64,000 nucleotides of DNA from Eledone cirrhosa. Lineage: Eukaryota. Where the stretch lies: NCBI GenBank assembly GCA_964016885.1, contig OZ024741.1:100874001-100938000 (forward strand), read 5' to 3'. The position numbers were made by a program, and so were the translations under genes. Positions 12,698 to 39,600 of this stretch are shown here, piece by piece (position 1 is the first letter of the stretch; every line of letters begins with the position of its first letter). Under the pieces are notes generated by a model. It made no database searches, was not told the DNA's origin, and saw nothing but the letters and a program-made list of their open reading frames with translations.

Positions 12698-12980
12698 AAT
12701 ATTATATATATATAATATAATATATATTAATATATATATAATATATATATAATATATAATATATATATAATATAATATATAATATATATATATATAATAT
12801 ATATATTATATATATAATATATTATATAATATTAATATATATATAATATATATATATAATAATATTATATATATATATAATATATATATATATATATAAT
12901 ATATAATATATATTATATAATATATATATATATATATAATATTATATATATTATATATATATATAATATATATATAATAT

Positions 12981-13012
<32 letters not shown>

Positions 13013-13126
13013 ATATATATTATATATATATATATATATAATATATATATATAATATATATATAATATATATATAATAATATATATATATATAATAATAT
13101 ATATATAATATATATAATATATATAT

Positions 13127-13170
<44 letters not shown>

Positions 13171-13246
13171 ATAATATATATATAATATATATTAATAATA
13201 TATTATAAATAATATATATATAAATAATATATATATATATATATAC
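10414..13246. repeat. ~2.8-kb almost pure AT tract, (TA)n with TAA/TTA interruptions
   Basis: Direct inspection; almost no G or C. Confidence 0.97.
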
Positions 13247-13354
13247 ATGCATGCATACAAAATATATATGCATGCATACATATACAAATATATATGTAAT
13301 GCATACATATATTTATTTATGTATGCATACATATATATTTGTATATGTGCATTT

Positions 13355-13388
<34 letters not shown>

Positions 13389-13410
13389 GCACATAAATAA
13401 ACAAATAAAC

Positions 13411-13445
<35 letters not shown>

Positions 13446-14369
13446 TGTATGTATGTAAAAGGTAAACAGAAACAACAACACAAACGGTACAGTATATGGA
13501 AGGTATATATTAGTTTAACGCGAGAGAGAGAGAGAGGGGGAGACAGGTAGAGAGAGGGGGGCAGACAGGTGTAGAGAGGGGGGGCAGACAGGTAGAGAGA
13601 GAGGGGGGAGACGGACAGACAGAGAAAGAAAAGGAACTTTCAAATGCCTACAATAAAATTTCCATTTGACAAATATATTCCTAGAAATAGTTGCCGTATC
13701 TATGTAAGTCATATATGAGTGACGAGAGCCAGTATATTCGCACTAAGAACACTTATCATTACTGTTTAACAATTTATTATCAGTTTGATGAAGTATCCTT
13801 GGACACGAAACTCCTGGCCCTCAAATCACTAATATAACAGTTCCACAGCTATAATTAAATATATATCTCACACTACCCATGTACTGAATTCTGTTTCAGC
13901 CCCCCCCCCCCCCTCCACACACACACACAGTATACCAAACTAACCTCGCCTCCGCCCATATGATCTCTTTTAAGAGCTAATATAGCACCAGATAGTTGGC
14001 ATTAAACAGTGAAACGTGGACGGCGGAAGGTGATCATTACCGCCACCACCACTATCACCATCATCACTATCATCATAATCATTACAACCATTAACAAAAG
14101 CAACAACAATAATAATGATAATCATCATAATAATAACAAATAGCAGCAGCAGGAATGGCCTGTTGTTGCATCATAACATTTGCCAGAATAGACAGAAGAA
14201 ATTAGGCTAAACAAGAAGAATATGGTGCAGTGAAAGAGGGCGGAACTGAGGGAGTTTGAAGGCAACGACCTCAAACTAGGTCTGAAATAGTTTTGGCACG
14301 TGTGGGGGAGTGTTATGGATGTGAATGTCAGTGAGAATGTGCGCGTAGTTATGTGTGTAAGTGTGCGCG

Positions 14370-14570
14370 TTGTGTGTAAGTGGCGCGTTTTTATGTCTGT
14401 GTGTGCGTTTTTATGTCTGTGTGCGCGTTTTTGTGTTCGTGTGCGCGTTTTTATGTTCGTGTGCGCGTTTTTATGTTCGTGTGCACGCTTTTATGTCTAT
14501 ATGTGCGCGCTTTTATGTGTATGTGTGCACGTTTTTATTTATGCGTGTACGTCTTCTTTGTATGCGCTGG
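14370..14570 (+). repeat. ~20-bp tandem minisatellite (gtgcgcgtttttatgttcgt-like)
   Basis: About 9 degenerate copies ending at the gap. Confidence 0.85.
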
Positions 14571-14573
14571 TAC

Positions 14574-14773
14574 NNNNNNNNNNNNNNNNNNNNNNNNNNN
14601 NNNNNNNNNNNNNNNNNNNNNNNNNNNNNNNNNNNNNNNNNNNNNNNNNNNNNNNNNNNNNNNNNNNNNNNNNNNNNNNNNNNNNNNNNNNNNNNNNNNN
14701 NNNNNNNNNNNNNNNNNNNNNNNNNNNNNNNNNNNNNNNNNNNNNNNNNNNNNNNNNNNNNNNNNNNNNNNNN
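14574..14773. other. Assembly gap (200 N)
   Basis: Run of N; the round length suggests a placeholder size. Confidence 0.99.
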
Positions 14774-15076
14774 ACCATTGATGAGGAGTTTATAAATCCA
14801 GTATCCAAGATACACCTTTAGCTTCATACCCATCATTATTGGTGCTACGGGTTATATACCAACCCGCTTGGACGAAAGTATGACTGAACTTGGATTTGCG
14901 GACAAAAAGCGCAGCTCCTTAATTCATAGTCTACAAATGGCTGCGATAGCTGGCACCTTCAAAATTTGCAAAACATTCTTGCGATTCAAGGGATGACGAT
15001 TTCTTTTCTTTTACAACCTTGCCACCAGGAAGGTGGCCGGTCAAAAAAAAAATATACTCGAAATTAAGAGAAAGAG
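14774..15076 (+). mobile_element. 3' end of an RLE-type non-LTR retrotransposon (R4/Dong-like)
   Basis: YPRYTFSFIPIIIGATGYIPTRLDESMTELGF...LQMAAIAGTFKICKTFLRFKG*, typical of an RLE-element C-terminus. 3'UTR hairpin gccacc-aggaa-ggtggc; runs into (TACA)n. Confidence 0.7.
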
Positions 15077-27872
<12,796 letters not shown>

Positions 27873-30800
27873 TTTAACTGGAAAAAAACATTCGAGCTAT
27901 CACCCAGCACCACCCTCCACTATCACCCCACTGCACAAACTCCCATTGCTGCCATTAACAAACAAACAAATTAACAACACACCAAAACAATTAAAACCAT
28001 CCACTCTCGCCTCTACATTTTGCTTAACGCCCAAGGCATCAGCCCTTCCACCAATACTCAAAAATGGAAGATCAAATTCCTGGAGGACTGGATTGATGTC
28101 CATCCAAACCACATCCCTTTCTTCGTCCTCACTGAAACCCATCTCAGTAACCTCCACTTGGAAGCCGAGGTGAAAGTGAAAAATTTCAAAGCCATCCGTG
28201 CTGATCGCGCTGGCAGAAGAAAGGGCGGAACTGCCATTTATGTCCATAATTCTTTCTCAACAGAGGCTATGAACATATTCACTAATGGATACTGTGAGGC
28301 AGTCACTGTATTCAGTCAAACCAACAACCTATTAGTAGTTGGGCTCTATAGGCCACCCCAAACGCCTGTACCATGCTTCAAGGAATGCCTCAACAGCATA
28401 AAGTGTTTCATCCAAGAGTGTCACCCTGACAACATCTTAATGATGGGGGACTTCAACCTCCCCGGAGTTGACTGGTCCACAAACACCCTGCCACCAGGTT
28501 CTTCTGCCTCAACCTCTGACAGGGAAGCTGTGGAATCGCTTCTTGACTTCATGGATGATTTCTTCCTATCCCAACTAGTTCTCGAACCAACGAGGTGCCA
28601 CAAAAACGTCCTAGACTTAATTTTCAGCAATCACACTGACAATATCCACAATATTGCAGTGGAGAAAACTCTACTCTCTGATCATGACATGGTTCTCTGT
28701 GATCTGAGATTCCACCGTCCAATATACAAACCCAATGTCATTTCTCCTGTCCATCCGTTTGACGCTATGGATTTCCACAATGCAAACTGGGAAGCGATCA
28801 GTCATGATCTTGCACATGTCGACTGGTCCTTCACGCACACTCATACACCCACTAACATCAAAAAGTCCTGGCAGACATTTGTGGACACTGTTACAAACAT
28901 ATGTGCTAAACACACCCCATTAAGAACTATAAACAAATCTAAGAGCAGAATCCCTAGAAATAGAAAAACACTCATCAGAAAAATTAAGAGAACGAACAAA
29001 AAAATCAACAAGCTGAAATACTGTCAGCAGCAACACATCAACTTGACTGCCATTTCATCACTAGAGATTAAAAAACATAACCTCCAAAACAACATAATGT
29101 CCCTCATCAACAATCAGAGAAGAGCTGAAGAGGCCTGGGCCATTGAGAAGATCAAACTCAATCCCAAAGTGTTCTTTTCATTTGCAAAAAAACACAAAAT
29201 CACTGGCTCTACTGTTGGCCCTCTAATTGATGAAAATGGCACTCTTCAAGACAATGCTAAAACCATGGGTGAGATACTGCAGAAACAATACTGCTCTGTT
29301 TTCAGCAATCCTGATATGGCCGATCTGGGCTGTATCGGCGATGTTACTCCCCATTACACCTTATCGGACATAATGTTTGGCGCCCCTGATGTCTTGGCGG
29401 CAATAAAGGAAATCAAGCATAATTCAGCAGTAGGTCCCGATAGGTTCCCTGCTTGTGTCTTGAAGGCGTGTCAACACCAACTTGCTTCTCCTCTTGCCAA
29501 TCTGTGGCGGAACTCACTGGATGCTGGATATGTGCCAGAAAACCTTCTATCCCAGTCTGTTGTCCCAGTTTTCAAAAAGGGAAACAAATCCCTTGCCGTG
29601 AATTACCGTCCAATCTCACTCACCTCTCATATCATTAAGGTATTTGAGCGAGTGGTGAGATCGCGAATGACCCACTTCCTTGAGAGTAACAATATGCTGA
29701 ACTCCAACCAGCATGGATTCCGTAATGGAAGGGATTGCCTGACGCAACTACTGCATCACTTTGATGACATTTTGAGAGCCTTGGGAGAGGGTTCCAACAC
29801 TGATGTTATCTACCTTGATTTCAGCAAGGCCTTTGACAGGGTTGATCATAACATTCTACTGAGAAAGCTGTCCAATATTGGTGTCACTGGAAAGCTGCTG
29901 CAGTGGATCAAGAGCTTCCTGTCAAACAGAACCCAACATGTTGTAGTTGAGGGAGTCAAATCAAGCCCAGCCAAAGTCAGTAGTGGAGTCCCACAAGGCA
30001 CTGTGTTGGGCCCACTTCTCTTCATCATCTATATTAATGACATCACTGACATCATCAAACACAGCAACATTAAAATTTTCGCTGATGATTCCAAGCTCCA
30101 AAAGCTCATCAATGGCGTGGATGACCGGATAAGCCTTCAGTCAGACCTACTGGCTGTTACCCAATGGGCAGAAAAGAACAACATGTTACTGAACGAAGAC
30201 AAATTCGAACTGATCCACTTTGGAAAAGAGGATGCTCTGAAACTCCCGTACTCCCTTCCCTCCGGGGAAACTCTCGTGGCATCTAACAACATCAGAGACT
30301 TGGGAGTAACCGTGGACAGCAACATAAGCTGGACCACGCATATAAGCAGCAAAGTTGACATGGCCCGCAGAATGTGTTCCTGGATCCTCAGAACCTTCCA
30401 GTCGAGAGATTCCCGCACCATTATCCTTCTCTTCTCTACTTTCGCCCGACCACACCTTGAATACTGTTGTCCACTGTGGTCTCCCCACACGAAACAAAGT
30501 ATCATGAAACTTGAAGCTCCTCAAAGGGCAATCACGAAAAAGATAGATGGCATGTCAGACCTTGACTACTGGGGTCGATTGGAAAACCTGAAACTTTACT
30601 CACTCCAACGTCGCCGTGAGCGTTATATTATCTGCATGATGTGGAAAATGTTCCATCATCACTGCCCAAATGATGTTGGCATCGCCTTCAAGATACACCC
30701 AAGGCTTGGGCCCCGTGCTATCCGTCCCATTCAAAAATCTAAATCGCAACTCATAACAACAATACGGCACAATTATTTCACCTCAATCGGCCCTGCTCTC

Positions 30801-31062
30801 TTCAACATCACACCAGGACACGTCAAAACAGAAACTGACCACACAAAATTCAAGAAGTCTTTGGACAAATTCCTCCAAGTAATCCCGGACAAACCACCCA
30901 CACCCGGATATGTCTCCGCAAACAGTAATTCTCTTCTCGAATGGGCCATGGTGCCCAAATCCTGAATTGAAAGACTTCGCCAGGTGGTGCTATTAAGTTA
31001 GACATGGCCTGGGCCAATACTGGCCAAAACATTTCAAAGTTATTCAAAGTTATTCAAAGTTA
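27873..31062 (+). mobile_element. CR1-group LINE, young insertion, ORF2 only, with TSD
   Basis: Intact APE+RT ORF; tail (TTCAAAGTTA)x3; the sequence tatatacatacacatatata is present at both junctions (27853-27872 and 31061-31080). Confidence 0.9.
28020..30965 (+). CDS. LINE ORF2: apurinic-like endonuclease + reverse transcriptase (981 aa, non-AUG start)
   Basis: APE motifs LNAQG, LTETHL, YRPP, MGDFNLP, LDLIF, SDH. RT motifs [41 protein letters not shown]1-type C-terminus RPHLEYC, YSLQRRR, FKKSLD. Confidence 0.95.
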   Translation: MLNAQGISPSTNTQKWKIKFLEDWIDVHPNHIPFFVLTETHLSNLHLEAEVKVKNFKAIRADRAGRRKGGTAIYVHNSFSTEAMNIFTNGYCEAVTVFSQTNNLLVVGLYRPPQTPVPCFKECLNSIKCFIQECHPDNILMMGDFNLPGVDWSTNTLPPGSSASTSDREAVESLLDFMDDFFLSQLVLEPTRCHKNVLDLIFSNHTDNIHNIAVEKTLLSDHDMVLCDLRFHRPIYKPNVISPVHPFDAMDFHNANWEAISHDLAHVDWSFTHTHTPTNIKKSWQTFVDTVTNICAKHTPLRTINKSKSRIPRNRKTLIRKIKRTNKKINKLKYCQQQHINLTAISSLEIKKHNLQNNIMSLINNQRRAEEAWAIEKIKLNPKVFFSFAKKHKITGSTVGPLIDENGTLQDNAKTMGEILQKQYCSVFSNPDMADLGCIGDVTPHYTLSDIMFGAPDVLAAIKEIKHNSAVGPDRFPACVLKACQHQLASPLANLWRNSLDAGYVPENLLSQSVVPVFKKGNKSLAVNYRPISLTSHIIKVFERVVRSRMTHFLESNNMLNSNQHGFRNGRDCLTQLLHHFDDILRALGEGSNTDVIYLDFSKAFDRVDHNILLRKLSNIGVTGKLLQWIKSFLSNRTQHVVVEGVKSSPAKVSSGVPQGTVLGPLLFIIYINDITDIIKHSNIKIFADDSKLQKLINGVDDRISLQSDLLAVTQWAEKNNMLLNEDKFELIHFGKEDALKLPYSLPSGETLVASNNIRDLGVTVDSNISWTTHISSKVDMARRMCSWILRTFQSRDSRTIILLFSTFARPHLEYCCPLWSPHTKQSIMKLEAPQRAITKKIDGMSDLDYWGRLENLKLYSLQRRRERYIICMMWKMFHHHCPNDVGIAFKIHPRLGPRAIRPIQKSKSQLITTIRHNYFTSIGPALFNITPGHVKTETDHTKFKKSLDKFLQVIPDKPPTPGYVSANSNSLLEWAMVPKS

Positions 31063-31159
31063 TATACATACACATATATACATACACATATATACATATA
31101 CACAGACATATACACATACACATATACACATATACATATATACATTTATATATACATAT

Positions 31160-31202
<43 letters not shown>

Positions 31203-31458
31203 TATACATATACACATACATATATATATATACATATACACATATATATACATATACACATATATATATATACATATACACATATATATATTTACATATA
31301 TATATATATACATATATATATATACATATACACATATATATACATATACACATATATATACATATACACATATATATACATATACACATATATATATATA
31401 TATATACATGTATATACGTATATATACATATACATATGCATGCATATATATATACATG

Positions 31459-31496
<38 letters not shown>

Positions 31497-31841
31497 GTAA
31501 TAATAATAAATTTGAAGACTAAAATCGAAAGAGGGCTCGATCAGGAAAAATATATATCATAAACGTGGTCTTGTCTTTGCGTGTAATTGTTCTCACCGCT
31601 CCAAATAACGACGTATTATCTTCGCTTTTTTTCCGTTCATTGCCAGAGAATGTCTCCACGAACCAAAGTATCATCTTCGTGTTTTCCTTTGTTTGCAATG
31701 TTTTTCGAAATATTTGCTTCTGCGTTCACAGATTGATTTTTTTTAGTTTCAGAAGATCCCGTTAAGGGTGAAAGCAGCGATTCTTTGCTTAAACTTTAAT
31801 CTGTTATTTTAATAATATATATATATATAACACACATATAC

Positions 31842-31876
<35 letters not shown>

Positions 31877-32268
31877 CACATATATATACACACACACACA
31901 TATATACACACATACACACACATATATATATACACACACACACATATATATAGACACACACATATATATACAGACACACATATATATACACACACATATA
32001 TATACACACATATATATACACACACATATATATACACACATATATATACACACACATATATATACACACACATATATATACACACATATATATACACACA
32101 TATATATACACACATATATACACACACATATATACACACATATATACACACATATACACACACACACATATACACACACATTCACACACACATATACACA
32201 TATACACACACACACACACATGTATATATATATATATATATACATACACACATACATATGTACACACT

Positions 32269-32312
<44 letters not shown>

Positions 32313-32690
32313 TAAAGTGGTCGTGATGGCGACACTGCAAAAAAACGCCCACCACACACTGTAAAGTGGTCGTGTATATGCCATGGCAATAGTCAACACT
32401 CACTGTAACTGAGGTTGGCGTTAGGAAGAAGATCCAGCTGTAAAACCCAAGTCAAAAGCGGTTTTGCATCAGCAAGACATGGTCACTTGACCTGGCATTG
32501 CTAACAACAGGATAACACGTCTTACCAATGCCAGCATGGAAACATGGACGTTAGACGGAAATGATGATGATGATGTACATACATACACATACATACATAC
32601 ATATATGTATGTATGTATGTGTGTGTGTGTGTGTGTATACTACACCCAACAGGAGGTGAGAACGTCCAGGATCCATACTTTACAAATAAC

Positions 32691-32872
32691 TGTTTCTACT
32701 TTAGGCACAAGGCCAGCAATTACTCAGTACATTACTGGTACTTTATTTTATCGACCCCGTAAGGATGAAAGGCAAAGTCAAACTCGGCGGGATTTGAACT
32801 CAGATCGTAAAGGGACGTAACTATGCTGGAAAGCATGGCGTCCGACCCTCTACCGATACTGCCAATCCACCA
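32691..32872 (-). mobile_element. Full-length young SINE, family A, with TSD
   Basis: Flanked by a perfect direct repeat ccatactttacaaataac (32673-32690 and 32873-32890). Confidence 0.88.
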
Positions 32873-33024
32873 CCATACTTTACAAATAACACGGTGCTCA
32901 TACACAATTGAATTTCCCGCATCATGAAAATGGCGACAATGTGCAGAGCACTTGCTGGCTGGATCTTGAGGACTTTCAAGACAAGAGACTGAGAAAAATA
33001 TTGGTAATATGGATAACATTTCTC

Positions 33025-33617
33025 CTAAGCCGACTGGACTATTGGTCACAGCTATGATCACCTCATATCAAACTAACCACAGAGCTTGAAGCAATCCAAC
33101 GAAGCTACACCAAGAGCATTGCCACGATGAAGAACATGAGCTACTGGGAGAGGCTAAAAGAACTAAATCTCTACTCCTTGGAATGAAGGTGGGAGAAGTA
33201 CGCAGTGATATACATATGGAAGATCCTGGAAGGACTAGCACCAAACTTTGGCATTGAGAGCTGGACCAACAGGATGTCACTGTCTAGTGCCCAAGATCCC
33301 ATCTTTCACATCTAGAGTAAAGAGTAGATATTGCAATAGTCTGAGGTTCAAAGGCACCCAACTTTTTAATAAGCTACCAAGAAACCTGAGAGATCTATAT
33401 GGTGGATGTGGATGTTTTCAAGAAACATCTTGACACTCTGCTATCCAAATCCCAGATGAACCCACAGCACGGAATGAAGGTAACCTAAGGGTATCAACTC
33501 CCTCCTACATCAATTGCCAACCAACGCAGGCTGGTATAGAAAGTGAAGCAACAAGGGCAGTGCCCCAACATGGCCTCAGCAGGATGGCTGGAACAGGTAA
33601 AAGAATAAAAAGAATAC
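33025..33617 (+). mobile_element. Decayed CR1-group LINE 3' fragment (second family)
   Basis: ELEAIQRSY...MSYWERLKELNLYSLE*R...YIWKILEGLAPN...NSLRFKGTQLFNKLPRNLRDL...IPDEP, with stops and frameshifts; tail gtaaaagaataaaaagaata. Confidence 0.85.
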
Positions 33618-33772
33618 ATATATACATAGATATTTATATACATATATATATAAATACACATAAACACATACATATATACATATTTCTATATACAAACATA
33701 TATATACATACATACATACACATACACACATACATACATACACATACACACATACATACATACATACATACA

Positions 33773-33808
<36 letters not shown>

Positions 33809-33977
33809 TATACATACACTCATATATATATATTCATATATATACATATACATACATACATTCACACATACATATATACACATACATACATTCACACATA
33901 TACATATATACACATACATACATATACACATACATACAGCCATGCATTTATATGTATGTATACATACACACATATAC

Positions 33978-34010
<33 letters not shown>

Positions 34011-36287
34011 GAGAGATAGGTGTAAACCCCTCCACACACACACCCTCTCTCTCTGTCTATATATATATATTCTGTCTCTATATATATACACACACCGACT
34101 CACACATCATATATTATAATAGCAGAAAGTGGTTGACTGTTCGAGTTCCAACTGTCTCAATGCCTATTTAATCAGCGAACAAAAATTCATATGTAGGTAT
34201 TTATATGAGAGAGAGAGAGTGTGTGCTAGAGTTTGTGTGTGTGTGTGTGTGCACGTGAAGCAGCCAGGCATATGCCTAGAGGTACAGACACGTACGTGTA
34301 TGACTACAGAAACATACTTTTGTAATACGTATAATTATATTTCTAATATATTCATAGGATTTCATACGTGTAATTTATTCATACCTTTGTCTGTGCATAT
34401 TTAGGCATATTCCCAATTACATACATAATTGCACACAATCACCCAGTTGGATTTACCGTTTACATGCTCACACAGACTGGCTTTATATAGCCAAGTCGTT
34501 ATATACACACACAAGCACGCAACACACATGCACAAATTTACACCTGAAAGCACTTTCAGGTAAGGTACAGATATGCACATATACCATTAACACACTCATA
34601 CGTGACTGTACTCTCCCTCTCTGTCTGTATATGTGTATGTATGCGTGTGTGTATAGAATGCCGTTAGCTTCTTACTAAAACAATCTCTATACCTCTCATT
34701 TATATATATATATATATATATATATAGACATGCATATACACACGGACACGCAAACACACTTATCTAAAGAGTTGAATTATATATGGACGTATTCAATTAA
34801 GTCATATAGTCATATATACAATATATATCAAGATATGGACAAGCTCAATGTATTATAATTGTCCGCATTCATCCAAGTCCAAATAATCCAACGTGGTGAG
34901 ATTTATAGGGTCAAGACAAAAACATTACAGAGCATAATATAAAATTAGATAAAGTTAAGATAGCCATCAAATCAAGAGCATAAATGTTGATTTGATGGAT
35001 ATCTTCGGTTTACTTTCTCTAATCTTATATATACATATATGTATATATAGATATGCGAGTCCTGAGTTCAATCGGGGGTAACCACATTAAGTAAGGTACT
35101 CAATACATTTGTAGAGTATATACAACAAAATTTGATATAGAAATGGCTTCTACAGAACTAAAACTGTTTCATTCGAAGGAAATATCAGGAAAGCCATTTC
35201 TATATTAAATTTTGTTTTTTATATATATATGGTTGTACGTACTCACAAAAATATACATATATTGATTTCTAATTTAGGAAAAGGCCAACAAATTTATGGG
35301 AAGAGCAAAATTGACCTCGATGGGATTTGAACTCGGAATGTAAAAAGACAGAACAAATATTGAAATGGCATTTTAGTCGACGCTCAACCAATCCTACCAA
35401 CACAATACCCTTTATACAAATACATATATATATATATTCACATAAACGAGTGGTTTGACAGAAAGAATGCAGATGTGAGTACATCTCCGGGATGAAGATT
35501 TGACGATTGGGTTTTGTTCATGACGGAAATTTTTGTTTTGAATAAATTTTATCTTCTCTATCGGTTGCGTGGTGATTCTCATCGCTCTTCTTTACCTACA
35601 AACTTAATAACTGTGATTCAAGTAAACTACAATATTCTACTTTCAGCCAAATGGTTTCTTGTTAAAACTTGGTCCTGTTGTTTATTTTTTTTAACATGTC
35701 ACTGCTTTACTGATATTATTGTTGCTTATGTTTTTATTCGTAGTGGTGGTAGTGGTGGAGAGTGAGGTAGAAGAGTGTTGTTGTGGCAGCAGAAGTGAGT
35801 GAGGTGGAGAAAGAGAAAAAAATCAGTGTATAAATAAGGCAAATGACAGTGAGGAACAACGAGAAAGAATTAGGCATGGGAATGAAACATTAGATTTGTT
35901 GTTTTTATTTTTTTTTAAAGGAAGAAAGAAAAAAGAAAATCTAGTAGGAGAATGGGAGTGAAGTGTAAATAAAAGTGTTTGAAAGGAGTGTGTGGAGTAT
36001 TGAGAGAGCTGGTGCTGGACATTGAAAGAGAGAGAGAGAGACATCATGAACTAAACAAAGAGACAGAGAGCTCGTGGGAGAGAAAGAGAGGGAGCACGAT
36101 ATAGAGGGAGAAAAATATAGAACTACAGTAAGAGAGAGAAAGAAGAAATATAGAACTAGAGAGAGAGTGTGTGCGCGAGAGCGCTAGAAAGAGCAGTAGA
36201 TATACTGAGACACTGTGTATGTGTGAGGGAGAGAAAGATTGTTATTATAGTGTAAATGAAAGGCAGTGTGTGGAAAATGTTACCTAC

Positions 36288-36303
36288 CTGGTTCAGGCTT
36301 CAT
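36288..36303 (-). CDS. ATOSA: ATOSA/FAM214A orthologue, first coding exon (MKPEP + 1 nt)
   Basis: Minus strand reads GCA ATG AAG CCT GAA CCA G|gtaggt. The phase-1 end joins exon 4798-4620 to give MKPEPDLQQNMEDEDWDPRELF, which parallels the recalled vertebrate FAM214A start MKPDRDTLDEYFEYDAEEFL. Confidence 0.8.
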
Positions 36304-36552
36304 TGCCACGTCCGAGGATGGCAGAAAATAAAATATAGCAAGAGGGTGAGTGTCGTTGTCGTGGTGGCCGTCCACTTCACACGGAGACAGACATCGAACC
36401 CGCAGCTGAAATATATTGTTGACCTTCTGTCTTCTTACCTGCAATAAATAAACTCTCTTCTCTATATTACCACACTTTTTCTCTCAATTCACCCTTCTTC
36501 CTGGCTTTGGCTTCTATATACAGATATAGAATCATCTGTCTATTGATATATC

Positions 36553-36668
36553 CACTCAGCTGATTGCATGTATGTACGTGTGGACACTCAGCTGTTTGTA
36601 TGTATGAATGTCGAGACACTCAGTTGTCTGTATGAATGTAGATGCACTCAGCTGTTTGTGTGTACGTA
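36553..36668. repeat. Four ~30-bp tandem units carrying CACTCAGCTG just upstream of the ATOSA start
   Basis: cactcagctgattg, cactcagctgtttg, cactcagttgtctg, cactcagctgtttg spaced 28-32 bp apart. Confidence 0.7.
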
Positions 36669-39600
36669 TATAATGGGGCGAGTGAGGGACACCCATATGC
36701 CTGTCTATAAAACACGTCCATGGTTTGTTATTTCTTTGACACATTCACAGGGGTTATTGGTTCGAATGGATCATTGTCCTCGATATAATCCGGGCGACCT
36801 GTGCTTGTTTTATAAAACATCGGGTAGAGAGAAGTAATTTGGGAAACTATCACCAACCGTGAGTCTATGGTGTATTGTAAACGTATGAGTAAGTATCTGA
36901 GTGAGAGTGAATGCAATGTGAGTGAAAGTGAATAAGTGAGTGTACGTAGGTGAATAGGAGAGTGAGTGAATGTTTGGAAGTGTGTGTGTAAGTGAGTATT
37001 AACTTAATCTGGGCCAGTTGTCCGAGTATGTAGACAATCTCAACTGGTTGACCATTCTCAATAGATATAGAGAGAGAAATAAGCAAATCTCTTAAAGTGA
37101 AATACTTTTAAAACAAGAGCAGATAATGTCGTTCAGAAACTTTATAACATTCACACATTATAGACATACATACAGAAACAGACATACAAACACACGCAGG
37201 TACATTAACTAATGTCTACGGTGTAGAATAATAATAGTGTTGTAGCTTGATTATTGTTTAACTCTTAGCACACCCATGTTGTTACTGCTGGAGTGAGACT
37301 GAAGTGTCAAGCTCCACTCCCTTACTGTCAACCTCTCTTACTATCAGCTGTGACGTCCCTCTTGCCCTACTCACTGATAGAATAAATTACTAGATACTTG
37401 CCTGGTCATGCCGACTGCTATTAGGTAACACATACACTAATATATACAAATTATTCATCTATATATATTGTATACACTCTTTCTAACAGACTATGTTTAG
37501 TTATATATATATATATATTTAATTAGAAAGTGAACAACATAATATATAACTACTCCAAGAACATTCTTTTTTCCTTTGCTTTTTCTTCGGAATTACCTAA
37601 CACATAACATATATATATATTTATTACACGTACATATTCAGACAATTTCGACTGAGTAACTTAGGAAGTCTAATGTAGACTAAATATATTCATATCTAAA
37701 AGTATTGAATAATGTGTACTTACATATATAAAATACTATGTATTTAATGTATCAGAGAAATACTGACCACAGAAAAAATATATATATATATTAGTCATAC
37801 ACCTATGCATTCAAAACTTTTTGTATATATTTTTCTTAACCACTAAAGGAAGTTAAACCTAATGTAGACATGCAGAATAAAAGTCATATATCGTTACGTA
37901 TGTAGAATCTATTGTTTATATATTTGTGTATATAAAACTTGTCTAAGACACTGTTCCCACATTATTATATAAATAAACCTTATGTAAGTATATAGAATAT
38001 ATATTGTTTACCTAATGTCATATACTAAAAAAATATATCGTGTAGATAAACTATTTACATACACATATATAAATGAGTATGTAAACACTAAGTTATACGT
38101 ACAGCAATGCAAAATGAATACAAAAACTTTCGCATAAATGAGTGTCCGTATGTGTGTATATAAAAATTATTGGTACATTGATTACATTTCAGGTGGGTAT
38201 ATTATATATATATATACACTCATGCGAGAATGTTTCACTGTCTATCTTGCACCTTTCATCATCACAGAATCTGATGGCAAATTCCACACACACACAATAG
38301 ATAGATAGATGCATTTACAGGCTCAAGGAAAAAGTGTTCAATACCGAAGTAGAGACTGTTGTGAAACAGAGAGTAATCGCAGTAATATATAATATATATA
38401 TATATATATATCCTTTAATAATGGTGCGAATGCATACAGTCGAATACTTCAAACGAAACCTGTGCCACCTCGATGAATGAAAAGTTAGTAATAGCAGGTC
38501 GCGAAGCTATGGTAAAAGCTTTCTATTAGGTATTTTACACTCAGGTTTGTCTATATCTACGGTACTCTATCTATATGCAGGTTAAAAATCCATTCGCATG
38601 GTGAACATCTGGTCACTAAAAGCTCCATAGGATCTTATAGTCTACTTACAAAGAAATTATAACACTTTACAGGCACACACACACACACATCTCTCTTTAC
38701 ATTCTAGTGAGAAATGCAGCACTGCAACATAAGATTAATTATATAGATATATTATCACTAGAGTCTGTTTTAGAGATAGTTCTGATAAATGGGGGGAAAT
38801 ATTTACAGTTTAGAGTGCTAAAATATATATGTGTGTGTGTATGTTTTAAAAGTGAGATGTGTTGAAATAAATATTCCAGCCAAGCAAGTGTCAATCTGCT
38901 GTATCTTTCCAGTTGCCTAAAAACAAATAGTGTGGTGGTGTCTTGGAAGATTGGCGAGCTCTTGTTGTTATTGTTATTATTGCTGCTACTGCTGTATCAT
39001 GTGATGCCAAAGCTTCCTCCTTCCGTCTTTTTTCTATGTACTTGCCACAGACAAACCTTTCTCCCCTTGTCATTATTGTAGCTGTATAACTAGATACATA
39101 CATACAACCCTTTTTTTTTCCATTCAGCTGATGTACAAACGTCAAAATCATTTGTTATTTTATTTTTTTTTTTTTTTATAATCACATTTTTGGTCTAGAA
39201 ATTCCTCAGTGTGCAACAATTTATATCTATCTATTTATTTATCTAATTGTTTATGTGTGCTGTAAATATGTTTAAATGCATTTAAGTATGTGTCTTTCTC
39301 TACATGTATACACACACACACACACACACATATATATACATATACATATATATATATAAACACACACACACGTGTTTGGCTGTTTCCATATAGGCACGTG
39401 TCTATATATAGATGTCTGTTTATTTATTTCGACTATCACTCATATGGGAGGGGTCGCTTACTAGAAAGAGGAAAACAGGTGGTACTTAACTAGAACAGTG
39501 TTTTGAAAAGGAGAGTTGGAGGGTTCTTTTAATTATTATACTACTCCCTTCCCCTTCTCTTAATCGATAATTTATACAGCTGATCAATCGATTTACTTTC

